A stretch of DNA of 64,000 nucleotides from Phoronis australis. Lineage: Eukaryota; Animalia; Phoronida. The notes under the pieces are model-generated. The model was given only the letters and a program-made list of their open reading frames with translations, did no database searches and had not been told where the DNA came from. Made by a program: the position numbers and the translations under genes. Position 1 is the stretch's first letter. Every line of letters begins with the position of its first letter. Below, piece by piece: positions 1 to 11,600 of the stretch. Location of the stretch: the NCBI GenBank assembly GCA_002633005.1, contig NMRA01000050.1, positions 1,124,718 through 1,188,717 on the forward strand. Reading direction: 5' to 3'.

Positions 1-1547
1 CCCCCCCAACTCACAATCCTGGATCCGCCTCTGGGATAATCCCGGGGATCCAGCCTTTAAGAGTTGAGTAACCGTGAACCAACACGGAGAGTAAGCATGG
101 GCCTAGGAGCAGTGCACTGACCTGTAACGAGGAGCTGCCTCAAGTAGCTACAGCTGAGATATAACAGTGTGAAAATACGAAATTCCAGATGAACTACATG
201 TAGTTGCTGGTAAGCTCAACTATGATTCATTTGAGACAGGCAACTCTTACGGGCCGACTGCGCTCTCTCTAAGGTCAAGATTCGTTTTGTTGTGATCCAA
301 TTTCGGGAAAACTTTATTTCATTAGGGTCATTCTTTGAAAGAGTTTTTTTGAAAAGGTCAGGCCTCGAAGTCTCTGATATAGTGCCTTTGGGGCTGATGA
401 GACACGACATGTAGTTCTGGTGGCTGGGGAAAACGGCAGAGTATCCCAAAATGTACACACTTCCTGAACACCTGCAGTTCAAATTCAGTTCTTGTGATTT
501 TCACTGAGAGTCTGCACGGCCTACTGCATGGTTATATTATATTTTTAACGTGGATACGTCTGTCAGGAAAAGCATTCGATTCATTTTCGAAGAAAAAAAT
601 CATTACTAAATACTACTGGAAACTAAAAACACCAAGGAACTGCGAAGACAACCTTTCCAAGTAATGAGTTTATTTTTTTATTTATTTAAAGACTTTTCAA
701 ACGCTTTTTCCTATCTACGGTTTGTATGTACAAATTCCATCAATGTCTTTGAGAGTTATTTTAGATATGCAAAATCGTCTAAGTGTACTTTACTATTTGG
801 GAACGGATTAGAGTGTTTTTCCAACTTAAGACAGAAATTAAATTTACTGAATTATCACCAATTGTTACAAGATTAGCTTCTAATTGTCAAAATCATGTAT
901 GAATCTATCGATGTTCGTAGATACATCAACAAGTAAATCAGAAACCAACGAATTTGTTTATCAAACAGAAATGTTATGCGCAATTTCCGCATGCATGCTC
1001 GCACCCTTTTTGCGGGTAACCGAGGGAATTTGGGAGATGGGGTATTCGTATTAAAGTGCGTTTTCAGAGATACCTACATGTATAACGGTTCACGATGTAA
1101 ACTTGAACTCCACTGACAAAAAACGTTGAAATCTTTGTTGGTGATTGCGAGAGTTATTTGAGCACCACTTTCGACATGTACACGATCATTACAAATAAAA
1201 GCCTAGACAGTAGTGTTTTCCACAAGTGGAAGTTCCTTACAAACAACTCGTAGAAACCATCGCCAATAGAGATACAATGTACTATTCTTGTGATACTACG
1301 GGAAATAGTAACATTATTTTATAACTAACTATCGGAAATAGTCTTTTTGTGTAATTCACAAGTAGTGGTCTTCACGCTCTTCAAAATTCCACCCTTTATT
1401 GTAGATGGCGACAATCCTACTGTATTTTTTGGTTGTTTGGGTCGAATGGCTGTGCTGTGTAAGAATGTTTTGTGTTTTCTTGATGAATTTGGAATCTCAA
1501 CTTCCCTCGTGAATACAGGGCAGTATCGGATTTACATACAGGGGGTA

Positions 1548-1775
1548 GTGCGCTATTCTATATCATAGTTATGGCCATGGATTTAGAATGTCTGTACATG
1601 TATACATGTATGCAGCACGCTATTCTATAATTATGGTCATGACCATGGATATAGAGTGTCTACCTATTTACCACTATTCTATATTGATGGTCATGACCAT
1701 GGATTTAGAGTGTCTCTATATTAAGTGCGCTGTTCTATATTATGGTCGTGAACACGGATTTAGAATGTCTATATT
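1548..1775. repeat. Minisatellite, ~4 units of ~55-70 bp
   Basis: Recurrent gctattctata..atggtcatgaccatggatttagagtgtct. Confidence 0.8.
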
Positions 1776-2997
1776 TATGTAGCGAGCTACGACAATTACT
1801 ATAACCAAAAAATAGGAATTGGAGCCTGTACTTCGTCTAACAAGTGGGTGAGACGAACTCATTATAAAATATTTTTTTCTGTTTGGATTTGATATGTCTT
1901 ACAACTTGAAGCATGTAATGCACCAAGGCCAGTCAATGAATGTATATTGTGTTTTTTGAAATACCTTTAGGCAATCATTAGTTTTAGCAGAATTATTAAA
2001 GTTTGACTTGTGGCAATAATGCGTAGCGTTTTAAGACACATGTCCATATTGACGTCATTTAGCATTAATTCCAAAATCCAATGCACCATCGCCACAGATA
2101 TTTGTCAAGTTTGATAAATGTAACCCCCCTCTTGTTACAAAAACTAACTTCACATGGTTTCTAGAACGATCTAATGTTTCAATTTTACGTTTAGCAAATA
2201 TATGAGATGAAACGTGATGTAATTACAGACATTCATAAGCAGTAATAGAATGGCTGCAGGACGGGATTGAACTGGAACCCTCTGGTACAACACTTTGGGG
2301 CGGCAGGTGGCACCAGTGGATTATTAATTAAAATGTATTTGCCTGACTTACTGAATGTAATATTTCTGATGCTAAAATGTTTAGTTCCGATCATTACGAA
2401 TTGTTGTGTTGCCTCTCCCTCCCCCCTCTTCCCCTCCGGAAAGGGCTCCGCACGAGACAAATCTCTCTCCATCTTAGCTACATGTGCGCCCCTCAGGATG
2501 TACACAGAAGTCCGTGCCCTGACTGTTGCATACTTCTGTATGCAATATGCATTGCTCGATGCTAGTTCAAAGGCTTAGTTTTTCCCCTTGTATTTACCGT
2601 CAATCCTAATGAACTTGTACGTAACAAAATGGACACTGTGTACTGCTTGTGTTCTTCACTGTCTTAATCATATTTTCTAAACTTAGAATAAGTAATGCTT
2701 GAGTAAAAATCTTGCACCTCAATTTTGGTTGATATGAATTCTAATGAGACTGATCATTGGTCACATATATCAGTCTGATCATCGTTTACAGCATTATTCT
2801 TACGATCGTTTTTGGTCAGTGACAAGAATTCGTATAAATTACTAGGGCTGATGAAAAAACTCAGATCTTCTATTACACCTTTCCTTAATATTAATTCTGA
2901 TCAACATCTAATATCACGTCATATCATTCTTAGAAATAGTCGAAATAAATCTATTTTAAAGAATCATATGTAATAAATTTCATCAAGCATAAATGAT

Positions 2998-3132
2998 TGT
3001 GTACACCTGTCGTGCACGCGCAGACCTATTGCCTGAGCATACCTGTCGTGCACGCTCATATATAGTGCCTGTGTACAATTGTGCACTCGTAGAACAATCT
3101 AATGCCTGTGTACACTTGTCCTGTACGCGCAG
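2998..3132. repeat. Minisatellite, ~4 units of ~33-40 bp
   Basis: Recurrent gcctgtgtacacctgtcgtgcacgc. Confidence 0.7.
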
Positions 3133-4624
3133 CTATACATGTATATAGAGGGACAAAGTGATATTTACCCCGAACTTCTTCACCGAGAGAGGGCACCGTC
3201 TGAAATGGGGCACCTTAAGATGAAAGGCTAAACATCATTAAGCTTGGAAAAAAGTGACAGTTCATTCCACCGTCGTGTGAATTGTTAAATGTTCTCTTGA
3301 ATTTTCTCTCTTATCCGTTTATCGCAGTTTTTTTTTCTCGACTGTCCCCTGCACCACGCCCATGCCGGTGTCCACGGTTTAACTCAGACGCCTGAAAATT
3401 TTTGGGGGTCCCGTGTCCCTCCCCCCGCTTCCTACGGCCCTGTATTTGAATTAAAAAAAGAATCTGATCGTTGATATCAGTCTCAAAAATGGTAACATCC
3501 ACATACATGTACAGTACATGTACAGTACATGTACATTTAGAGTTCAGAACTTTGGACTGTCCACCTCGTCCACTCTCGTGCCCTGAAACTTTCCACGTCA
3601 CAAATTCATCATTAACACCAAGTCCATTTTTGTTCACTGTTTTATATTTCCACGCACAAAACACCCAAACCAACTTTAAACGATATGTTGGTAGCGTCAT
3701 GGTAAAACGCTGAGTCTAGACAAGTGTGGCTCACTGGAAAAAACAAATATTGTCAGTGTGATATTCATTAGCTAAGGTGCCTTTCTTTACATTGACACGA
3801 ATACTGAACTCATAAGATATGCATCGTTTGGCTTTCTACTATACGACCCTGTAGTTGTTGGACCTGCGGGCAACAGTCCTAGTGGGCCCTGTTTCAAAGA
3901 CGGCACTGGTTACATCCGCTCTGTAAATTCAGGCACCTCGATCAAAACCTTATTGGGCTACTGACTATACATATAAATGTCAAGTATGTGGATTACGTTG
4001 CAACTCTAGCAAAGCTAAGAAAGTTGTTTTCAAACAGTCAGGTGGTTAAGAAGTGTTTAATTTTGAGCACAAAGTTATAGTAATCCCTAATTATTTTTTT
4101 TCTATTTTTCTTTTATGCTGCTTGGACCACTCTCAAAATGATCTGGCTTTAAGTACAAAAAACTAAAACATCATCGAAATTTTCTCATAATGTATGCGCT
4201 TTGCAAATTTATACTACATGAAAATTAAATACAACACGGACACAGAAGTCGTAATTCTCGGGCCTACTTCTTACAGACACTAAATATCTCTCGGGTGATT
4301 ACAGATTGTTGACAAATTTCCAAGATGGTTTCCAGTATAATGGCAAAACAGGTGGGAAGAAAGACTTCATCTTGTTAGCAATATGAGATGTATATTTCAT
4401 GAAGATTTAGAAAATGCAGGTTACAAAAAAACTATTGGGTAAGTGGGGACCATTTAAACCTAGTCAACCCACCCCTCTTTCCCCTCCGTTCCGCTTCTAT
4501 ATTACTTCCTTGAAACCGAATACTGACAAGGAACTGGTCACAGTACATGTACTAGGAATTGAACTAATTCCTTTAATGACGTTTGCATTTGCTAGTCTCT
4601 TTCGCTAATGGAAAGACGACCGTT

Positions 4625-4955
4625 GTTAATGTTATTTTGGCTAAATTGCTATTTTATTATTATTATTGTACATAATCTTTCATATTGAATTAGATTGTAC
4701 AGAATTCTACGTAATCATAGTTTACATGCGTCATTGGGGAAACATTTTAATTTAACTAAACTAGTTTTGTTCGCCTTTAAAGGGTGCTTAAAATGTAAAG
4801 TGAGGTTCAAATAAAATTTCCAAGAAACCTCGCCTTTCTGGTAAGTATCCAAGCAGTGCTTGAACTGGACCACAGATAACCTTTTCTGCTTACTGCATAT
4901 TGAACTGTTGTCATTCGGTAGTTTCAGGTACCAGAGAAGTTGCACAAACACTGCA
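4625..4955 (+). pseudogene. Degraded duplicate of the 3' part of gene A intron 1 plus the start of exon 2
   Basis: e.g. ctgttgtcattcggtagtttcaggtaccagagaagttgcacaaacactg (4905-4953) vs ctgttgtcattcagtgttttcaggaaccagaaagaagtgcacagacactg (6136-6185); upstream blocks also align with ~5900-6120. Confidence 0.7.
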
Positions 4956-5366
4956 TCACCAAAATCAAGTACTTTTATTGTCGTAAGTTCTATTCAACCC
5001 CAAAAAAGAAGAATTGTCTACTACTTCTTCGAAACTGACTACTGACAAGGAAGTAATTATATTACAAACTCATTGAAGTGTTAATAATTTAATGATGTTT
5101 GCTTTCGCTCGTATGTCTTATTGGACAGTAAACTTGTAACTCTTTTTCGTGAAAAAATATACTACGTCAATTTACAAAGTAATCTGGCCCAGTCAACAGC
5201 TGTTTTTGCGTGTTTTCAAGACATTAGCGCCACTCGCGTTGACTACGTACGTGTAGTTATATGTGAAGTCAAATACGCTGTTGGTCTCATTTTGAAAAAG
5301 ACGTATGAACTACATGTACTACCTGCACACTTTTTGCTTAGATAGACATTTTTGCGAGAAACACAA

Positions 5367-5673
5367 ATGGGCCATCATTTGGTATCTTTGAGCATAAGTC
5401 TTTTGTCCGCTTGCACGTGCCAAGCCAACTACTTTGAAAGACAGCGGGGATATAATCTTGTGAGGTCAAAGCGAGTCATCGATGAAACTCCCAAGAACGT
5501 TACCGCTGCTTCTCGGTTGGTTTGTGCAGATGAATGTCTCCGAGCAAACGAGTGTTTCTCTTTTGATTTCAAAAGAGCTGACAAACTGTGTCGACTTTTC
5601 CCGTGCCTCGGTTCGGAGAACCTGGTAAATGATCCAGACTGGGACTTCTACACTTCTGAATGCACCGTAACAA
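5367..5673 (+). CDS. Gene A exon 1: signal peptide + PAN/Apple-like domain
   Basis: MGHHLVSLSISLLSACTCQA, then C-x3-C-x5-C-FSFDF-x6-CRL...DWDFY; donor A|gtaagg (phase 1); homologous to 30655-30958. Confidence 0.88.
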
Positions 5674-8600
5674 GTAAGGAAAGTTTGGAATTCACCAAAG
5701 TCTGTTCATAGTCTATCCTATCAGAATAAAAAATCGCAAATTGTTCCGCATTTTTTTAAACTTGAGATGGCTGTCTATTTACCTATCAGTGCCTTATGCT
5801 TTATTAATTTACAGCCGACACACCTGTTTCATCCATTTTATTTCTTTTGAATTAAAATTAAGAATAGCGGCAAAGCAGTTCAAAGGGAAGGCGAGCGTTT
5901 TTAAGGTCATTGTTGGCTAAATTGTTTTTGTTTATAGTTATGTAGATAAGTTCTCAAATTAGATTGTTCCTTGTTCTACGTAATTATGAGACAGGGAATT
6001 TAAAAAAAAATTGTTGCCTCTTGAAGAGTGCTTGGAAATTACGGTGAGGTTTAGAGAAAATTCACAAGCCAGACTGAGGATTCGAAATCAATTTCGCCTT
6101 CACGATGCTTGAACTGGGCCTTAATGTATGATGAGCTGTTGTCATTCAGTGTTTTCAGGAACCAGAAAGAAGTGCACAGACACTGGCGCCACCAACGTCC
6201 GTCATTTTTATTACCCTGGCTTTCATTCAACCGTGAAGAATGGGACCCTAAAGGTACAGGTCTTTGTATAATACGTTTCACGAATACTATACGTTTACAT
6301 CAGCGTAGATATAATAAAATAAGCAAGACACAGGAAGGAGATACTTGTCAAAAGCATAAGCTAGAAATGTCACTAAAGTAACTTCATGTTAATGAAATGA
6401 AAAAGACGCATCGTTTGACGCACCTTTTTCTTAGTACAGGAGTAACCTTACATTGTCGTCTTGTGTACTCTGTGTGCCACGTCGTTGCCTGTGTATCACT
6501 CGTTGAGATAACGACCGGCTGAATGTACTAGAACTTTTACATGTTTCAAGCAGAGCTGTTGCCCACGTCATTAGTTCATTTTTTCGGGTCTGACAACCAG
6601 TGCTAAGGTGACACCATTTGTCTACTGCCCCTTAAATGCGTAATGTCGACAAACAAACGTTACAATTTACCCGGCAAGTGTTGTTTGTCGGGTTAAATGG
6701 CGTCTTGGAAACAAAAGCGTGTCAAAAATATTGCCCTCTGATTGTTTTTTAAGCAGTCACTCAAATCCTGTGGATAGGTCATTAACATCTGTGGCTGAAA
6801 ACTTTGTAACGGAACGGTTGTTTGATAATTTAGAAATTATTCTTTACTTAGAAAAGCTGGTCAGTTTGACACCCCTGGTTTAAAATTAGCAGACTTCCTA
6901 AGGGGCTCAGTTTCATTGATATTTTTCAGAATTTGACGTACGAGAAGAAGCAGAATCACACGTCTCTGCGAGTGCAGTTTCGTGGAGTTCTTAGTTTGAG
7001 TCCGGGGGGTACTCGCTGGTCCCTTTTAATTAACGGACAACCGTGTCACTATCCGGGTTCAATAGAGACCTTATGGGTCACTTCGGCCCCGACGATTCGA
7101 CATCACTCTTCGAGAAGTAAGCTTTCTTTTCCTTTTGCTTTACTCACCGTAGAGTGGCGTTTATGTGATCCAAATTAAAATCGTAAATTTTATGAATTTA
7201 AATACATTAAATTTATGGTATCTTCAGCATTCGTTTTAATGCATGTATTTTTAGTTTTAGCAGAAAGCTACCCGCCACATAAGCTATACATATACAATCC
7301 ACTCCTGTTTCTCTTCCTTACCTTCATAAACCTCGATTTGATGGTCTGGTATTTTAGTTGATCACGTTTCATAAAAGAAATCAACCTGAGAGGAGCAAAA
7401 TAATGTAGAGTTTTGTTGTTATTTGCTCATAAAGACTGACATTTTAAATATTGCTTACAACGTCTCTCTGTGCAGGGTTTGAACAAAACCCCAAACTATG
7501 GTTGATATTGATACTGACATTGTGTTTCCATGGTTTCTACGCAAAGTATAGTCACGCTTTTATTGAATATCACGTTGTTGACATGTATTATTTACTTATT
7601 GCTGGGAAATATGCGGAGATATAGTAGTGATCTCTCTGGTCACCAAATCTTCACAACAAAATGGCTTCACTCAAAAGGTCACAATCTATTTGACACAAAC
7701 ACGATACAAGTTTATTAAACTGTTATTACATCATAGTCATCAAATATTTTAATTTTATCTCATTCATGGTTCAATGTTTTCACCTACATGTAGTGGTCAG
7801 CGAGTGCTGTTTCAAAAAGGATATTAAAAGCGTTCTTGTGTCCAGCATTAAAGATATTTTGAGGAAAGTCTTGACAGCTAGTCGACCTACTTTTTGGAAA
7901 GGTATTATAATTGTATTATTTGTAACCATAACTATCGTTGTGTAGTTTGACACGAAAAACCGAATTCAGACCGCGGGCTTTTACTTGCGCCTTTCATCAA
8001 AACTTAAGTATACCCACCGTCTAGTCATTCTTGTCTCTATTTGAAAACATTCCTTTTCAAAGAACGGGTCTTGTTCTACTATTAGGCGTTAAGTTGAACT
8101 CTGGTGGCAGACGTTTTTCGAGAATTAATTACTAGTTGCCTATGTCTGGGCTCACCGGGTCATTAGAATGTTTGGCAACGGTCATACANNNNNNNNNNNN
8201 NNNNNNNNNNNNNNNNNNNNNNNNNNNNNNNNNNNNCGTCCGTCCGTCGTCCGTCCGTCGTCCGTCCGGCGTCCGTCCGGCGTCCGTCCGGCGTCCGTCC
8301 GGCGTCCGTCCGGCGTCCCTCCGGCGTCCGTCCGGCGTCCGTCCGGCGTCCGTCCGGCGTCCGCACGGCGTCCGTCCGGCGCCCGTCCGGCGTCCGTAAG
8401 GCGTCGGGCATCCGCTACTCTATCTCCAACAAAACCTCTTGATACGCATTCATGAAATTTGGCACATAAGATCCATTTAAAGATGGAACGGCATGAACGA
8501 ACTTTCGGACGAATCCGACCACAGGTGTCCCTCCTAGTGGCAATTTTAGTTTTTACGTTTACCTCTATATCTTTAAAGGTCCTCAACGTATTTTCATCAA

Positions 8601-11600
8601 ATTGGGCATATAGGCGTCTATTAGTAAGATACCGCTAAGTTTCCGTTTCCGGATGGAGTCGACGAAGTTTGCGCCACCTTGTGGCCATTTTTGCTGTTTT
8701 TGAGTCTGTTTTAGAATCTGCCCCCCCTATTAAAGGAGAATGCCACCCGATTTAATTAGTCTTTTTGCCGTCTCAATCGGTCTATATCCACATCGCCTCG
8801 CATACGTCGACCTTACCTTGCCAAGAGGTGTGGCGATAATGTGTGGGGAAGGTGAGAAACGACGCTAGCGACGTCAGTGGTTCATATGCAGAGTGAATGC
8901 CGCTATGTTGCCGTAACATGCAGTTCATCGTTCCCGCTTGTCCGATTTAAGCAGCTACGAGGAAGTCGGGTATATCGTTTTTTCTTACTTCCTCGAGAGT
9001 GCGAAATCCTTAGGAAGTGGCTCGCGATAGTGAAGAATGAAATGCACGCTGTAAATTGCAAGTATGAGGCCGTGAATCATCTCCGTGTCTGTGGCCTGCA
9101 GACGTCGACAGTGCCTGACGAATGCCGGCTTACCAAATAACTCCATACGTTCCGTTGTCTAAGCTTGTTCACGGCGCCTCTCTAGTATTTCTTCATTACC
9201 GTATTCCTGTTCGAATATCGATAGCCTGTAAAACTTAACGATCCACTTCCGAAGTTGGGAGTGATTAGCTCTAGCTCGTCCTAAGCCGGGGTTGCGAGTT
9301 GCCATGTTGGCGTTTATTACTGAGCGTTCTGTTTCAAAATGAATGATTCTCTCAATAACCAATACTTATATCAAACTGAAACAAAGTCTGTCTCATTAGA
9401 TGCAATTTGTAATGCCTTTGGAGTGTTCGTGAGTGCAAATGGTTTGAGAAGCCATCAATTAATAAATCACTGCGTTACCGGCTTTAGGTGCAAAAAAACT
9501 AATTGACGGGACATCCGAGGCCGTGTGAGCTCATGCTAAGTTAGTGTTTGCTGGCAGAAACTGTTGCGAAACAACTCGATTTCCATCCCACGGCCAAGTG
9601 TTAGGGGAATCTTTATTTACATTTACATTACTCAAATCATGATTGTCAATGTACAACTTCTGACCCGACGGTGCTGTGGCCAAAGCGGAACCTGAATTCG
9701 CGGCCCCCGACGAGTAAGTGGTTTGCAGTTTCGTGGCCAACTCACCAACATAATAAGGTGCACATTACTTTGGCTTACTAGTATAGTACATGTATTTTAT
9801 TGACTGGAAGTTTAGTTTCCACTGAACTTTGGATGGTTTATGTTCGTGTCTTCGTGATGTCTGATCAGTTTCCGAGCCACTGGCCAGGATAACAATCGTT
9901 TTTTTGTTTAGAACTCAAAAAATCACAAGTCTAGACAACACAGATCTAGGTTCTCCTGTCTGTATCTCACGGAAAATACTTCGAAATTATCTCCGAACAG
10001 ACCCCAAACTCCAGCTACGGACCTTATTGGCCTGCCTAACTTTGTAGTCTACGGTGTGTCCAAATACCAGTACAGTAAATCCGTAACAGCGAAATAAAAC
10101 AACACGTTCTTATGAGAATTCGGTGTATTTTTAAGGGTTTTACATTGAAGTTTGATGATTTATTGGTGTAAAACGATGACTTCAAGCGATAAGCTGACAC
10201 CAGTAACCCGTGTTGTGAACTGCTGAACAGAATGCGTGTGAAACCGATGACGTCTCTGGATAATTTCAACACCTCCGTCTGCCGTCAGGTGTCATGTAAC
10301 GCAACCGTACGTGTCGTTACGGAGTAGAACTACTCAATCTAAATTGATACAAATTAGGTTGTTTTTGGGTGGCATGCTCCTTTAACCAGAGTGCTGTAAG
10401 GACGATTTTGAAAATTGGCATGTATGTTCTTACTATGAAGAGGACAGCTGACAATGATTTTCCGTCGATTTTGGGTACTGTGGCGCCTCCTAGTGGCACG
10501 TTTTTTGTGCACATGGATGTATCTCCTAAACCGTTTGCAATATGTTTATGAAATTTAGCAAGTGTATATCAATTATGTTCACAACAAATGACAACTTTTG
10601 GATGGATCTGACAACCAGTGTGACCCTATTGGCAATTTTAGTTTTTTAGGTTTACCTCTGTGTCTTCAAAGGTGCTCAACAGATTTTTTGAAAATTTGGA
10701 ATATAGGCATTTATTGGTGAGAGGATGCTGTCCTCCGGTTTTCGGTTGGAATCGAGGAAATTTGCACCACCTAGTGGCCATTTTTCCTGTTTTTGGCGTC
10801 CACCTGTCGATCAGCCAAACCATTCTAAGGATGATTTTGAAAATTGGCGTGTATGTTCTCAGTATGAAGATGGCGGTTGACTATAACGAATTCTACTGTT
10901 TTGTCTAGCGCCCATGGAGCTGGATCTCCTTAACACACTGCATGATCTTCGTTAAGTTTAGTTATTATGTATTTCAATGAAGCTAAAAACAGGCGACGTC
11001 TTTCAGGCCGATCCAATGATCCCTGTGCCCCATAGTGGCAATTTCATTTTTTCAGTTTTCCTTCGTTTCTCTAAAGTTCCTCAACTGATACCTATGAAAT
11101 TTGCTTTTTAGTAAAGAAGCGATGACATTTTCCCGTTTTCAGATGGATTTGATGTTTTGTGCCATCTAGTGGCTATTATTATGAATCAACCCTAGAAGAA
11201 CACCATTAGCGGTGCATTCGTGGGCGCATTTCAACGCTCCGCGTTGCTCTTGTTATGCAATGTATCAAAAGGGTTAATATACTAAATTCCCTTATCTGCC
11301 TATAGCCATGCATGTTGTTGAAAGCGAGCTACAGCACAAATATGTAACCTCATGCGACACGTGGCTTCACGTCCATTAATATCAGAATCCCCCATCTTTG
11401 TCTTTATCTATGCACTTCAAAATAACGAACTTTGGCAAAATAGCAAGATTAATTCATATTAATTTTTATCTTTAAGGAGAATAGAAAGAGGAAGTTATGT
11501 CTTTGTAGTCATCTTTTCGGACTGTTGTACATTTTAAACTATCGACCTAGACTTGCCCAGGTTTAAGAAAAATAATCCTGTCCTTTCACAGTGGAAAGGT

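Noticed and set aside
1548-1775. Regularly spaced repeats as a possible CRISPR-like array
   Set aside because: Units are degenerate tandem copies without unique spacers, in eukaryotic DNA with no cas genes.
5463-5474. RSKR furin-like site in gene A
   Set aside because: Lies inside the PAN domain where KR is common, and gene B has SSKR, so the consensus is not conserved.
8136-8586. Long Arg/Pro/Ser-rich ORFs (RRPSGVRPASV / TPDGRRTDAG repeats)
   Set aside because: Translations of a GC-rich microsatellite next to the N gap, open in several frames on both strands; part of the HINE-like repeat.
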